A stretch of 64,000 nt of DNA from an uncultured Spirochaetota bacterium. GTDB lineage: Bacteria > Spirochaetota > Spirochaetia > SZUA-6 > Fen-1364. The notes below the pieces were generated by a model. It had not been told where the DNA came from, ran no database searches, and saw only the letters and a list, made by a program, of their open reading frames with translations. Below are positions 62,321 to 64,000 of this stretch, one piece after another (position 1 is the stretch's first letter; each line of letters starts with the position of its first letter). The stretch spans positions 480,001 to 544,000 of the forward strand of contig CAVTHO010000004.1 of the NCBI GenBank assembly GCA_963734545.1. Reading direction: 5' to 3'. The position numbers were made by a program, and so were the translations under genes.

Positions 62321-63544
62321 ATGGAACAGAAAAGGCTCACGCTGTCGCTGAGGGGGGGCGAAGTGCCCCTCTCCCCAATCCGCAAATTGACGCCCCTCGC
62401 GGATGAGGCCAAACAGAGGGGGATCCTCATCCACCACCTCAATATCGGCCAGCCGGATATCCGCACGCCTCAACCGGTCCTCGACGCCTACCGCAACTTC
62501 AGCGCAGACGTTCTGGCATACGGCCCCTCGCTCGGCATTCCTTCCCTCCGGGAATCGATTGCCGCGTACCACCAGCGCTACGGGCACGCCGTCCAGCCGC
62601 GTGACGTGGCCGTCACGGTGGGGGGAAGCGAGGCGATATTCTTCGCCCTGTCCGCGGTCTGCGACCCGGGGGATGAAATCCTCGTGCGCGAGCCGTTCTA
62701 CGCCAACTACATCGCTTTTGCCGCCATGATCTCCGCCCGGGTGGTGCCTATTCCCTCGTCCATCGACAACGGCTTCGCCCTGCCGTCCCATGACGAGATT
62801 GCCCGGTACATCACCCCCCGCACCAAGGCAATCCTCTACATCTCCCCGGAGAACCCGACGGGCATCGTGTACGACCGGCAGGAGATGGACACGCTGAGGG
62901 AGCTGTGCGAGCGGTTCGGGCTGTACCTGATTTCCGACGAGGTCTACCGGGAGTTCATCTACGACGATCACGTGAAGTTCACTTCCGTGCTCGACCTGAA
63001 GGGCTTCGAGCAGCACGCCATCCTCGTGGACTCGATCTCGAAGCGCTTCTCCTCGTGCGGCGCGCGCATCGGCTCGATCGTCACGTACAACAGGGGCGTG
63101 ATGGAGCTGGTGGACAAGTTCGCGCAGGCGCGGCTGTGCCCTCCCGCCGTGGGACAGCTCGCCGCGGACGCGGCCTATCGCATGGATCCCTCCTATTTCA
63201 CGCCGATCCGGGACGAGTACCGCCGGCGGCGGGATGCACTGGTGGCGGGCCTGACCGATATTCCCGGTATCACATTCCACGTGCCGGAAGGCGCCTTCTA
63301 TCTCATGGCGCGCCTGCCCGTACCGGACGCGGAGGACTTCTGCCGCTTTCTCCTTGCTGATTTCTCCCTGGAGGGAAAGACGGTGATGCTCACTCCCGGG
63401 GCCGGCTTCTATTCCACGCCGGGAAGCGGGCGTGACGAGGTGCGCATCGCCTACGTGCTGGAATGCCCGAAGATCGTCGAATCCACGCAGATCCTCGCCC
63501 GTGCGCTTGCCTGTTACAATGAGAGGCGCGCAAAGTCGGGCTGA
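62321..63544 (+). CDS. PLP-dependent class I/II aminotransferase (aspartate aminotransferase-like)
   Basis: LNIGQPD, PENPTG, SDEVYREF, DSISKRFSSCGARIG. Confidence 0.93.
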   Translation: MEQKRLTLSLRGGEVPLSPIRKLTPLADEAKQRGILIHHLNIGQPDIRTPQPVLDAYRNFSADVLAYGPSLGIPSLRESIAAYHQRYGHAVQPRDVAVTVGGSEAIFFALSAVCDPGDEILVREPFYANYIAFAAMISARVVPIPSSIDNGFALPSHDEIARYITPRTKAILYISPENPTGIVYDRQEMDTLRELCERFGLYLISDEVYREFIYDDHVKFTSVLDLKGFEQHAILVDSISKRFSSCGARIGSIVTYNRGVMELVDKFAQARLCPPAVGQLAADAAYRMDPSYFTPIRDEYRRRRDALVAGLTDIPGITFHVPEGAFYLMARLPVPDAEDFCRFLLADFSLEGKTVMLTPGAGFYSTPGSGRDEVRIAYVLECPKIVESTQILARALACYNERRAKSG

Positions 63545-63555
63545 CGGGAGGCCAC

Positions 63556-64000
63556 ATGCCGCGGAGCCAGAAGCCACTCATCGTCATCGGCCACAAGAAC
63601 CCGGACACCGACTCGATCTGCGCCGCCCTCGCGTACGCCCGGTACAAGACCGAGGTGCTGAAAGAGGAGGCGGTTCCCCGCCGCGCCGGCAACGTCAACC
63701 CCCAGACCCAGTTCGTCCTTTCACGCTTCGAGACGGAAAGCCCGCCGCTTGCCACCGATGTGCGCTCCCGGATCGAGGACATCATGATACCGCGGGAGGA
63801 GCTGATCGTTCTCCGGGAGAACGACACCCTGGAGAAGGCCTGCGACCTTCTCACCTCGCGGCATTTCTCCTTCCTGCCGGTGGTGGGCAAAGGGGACACG
63901 TGCATCGGGAAGCTCACCGCCCTGCATCTTGTCGGGGTGCTTCGCCGCGTGGCGTCCGGCTGCCACGATGACGAGCCGATGGAACAGGCCGACCGGGAGC
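63556..64000 (+). CDS. ppaC: DHH-family Mn-dependent inorganic pyrophosphatase with CBS insert, runs off window end
   Basis: Manual translation from ATG 63556 (GGGAGG SD): VIGHKNPDTDSICAALAYA...RAGNVNPQTQFVL followed by a CBS motif. Confidence 0.88.
   Translation, partial: MPRSQKPLIVIGHKNPDTDSICAALAYARYKTEVLKEEAVPRRAGNVNPQTQFVLSRFETESPPLATDVRSRIEDIMIPREELIVLRENDTLEKACDLLTSRHFSFLPVVGKGDTCIGKLTALHLVGVLRRVASGCHDDEPMEQADRE

Noticed and set aside
23-63971. Long antisense or alternate-frame ORFs (e.g. 788..1966, 5128..6915, 17544..19001, 54438..56264, 62258..63577)
   Set aside because: Shadow ORFs typical of high-GC DNA; they overlap genes with clear family motifs and have none of their own.

Overview
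GC-rich bacterial chromosomal segment, most likely from a free-living Spirochaetota member (inferred from a Borrelia P83/100-like protein). Many genes carry single-base frameshifts, densest at 18.5-28.4 kb, which look like long-read assembly errors. Three carbohydrate loci dominate: GH2 + DUF2264 + CUT1 ABC + membrane-anchored AraC; IclR/KdgR + HpcH aldolase + SDR + CUT2 ABC + Eda + URO-D-family; and GH31 + CUT1 ABC + YesMN-like two-component system. There is also an nhaR-HPF-terC module, an ECF sigma with a Cys-rich tail, and a housekeeping block at right (cobB, ltaE, Tet(L)-like MFS, recD2, fucI, truD, arcC, CBS proteins). The most unusual structure is an apparent gene-accretion hotspot upstream of the intact sirtuin cobB (45885-46652). 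Three same-strand partial cobB copies (31284, 42577, 44391) are each followed by unrelated cargo genes. Two of them carry the cobB promoter and start at the same left boundary as the intact copy. One is fused to a diverged 5' end of the URO-D gene 27 kb away, and a mini-IS21 relic lies beside the array. No integrase, CRISPR array, rRNA or tRNA was recognised. All family assignments come from motif recognition by eye, not database searches.
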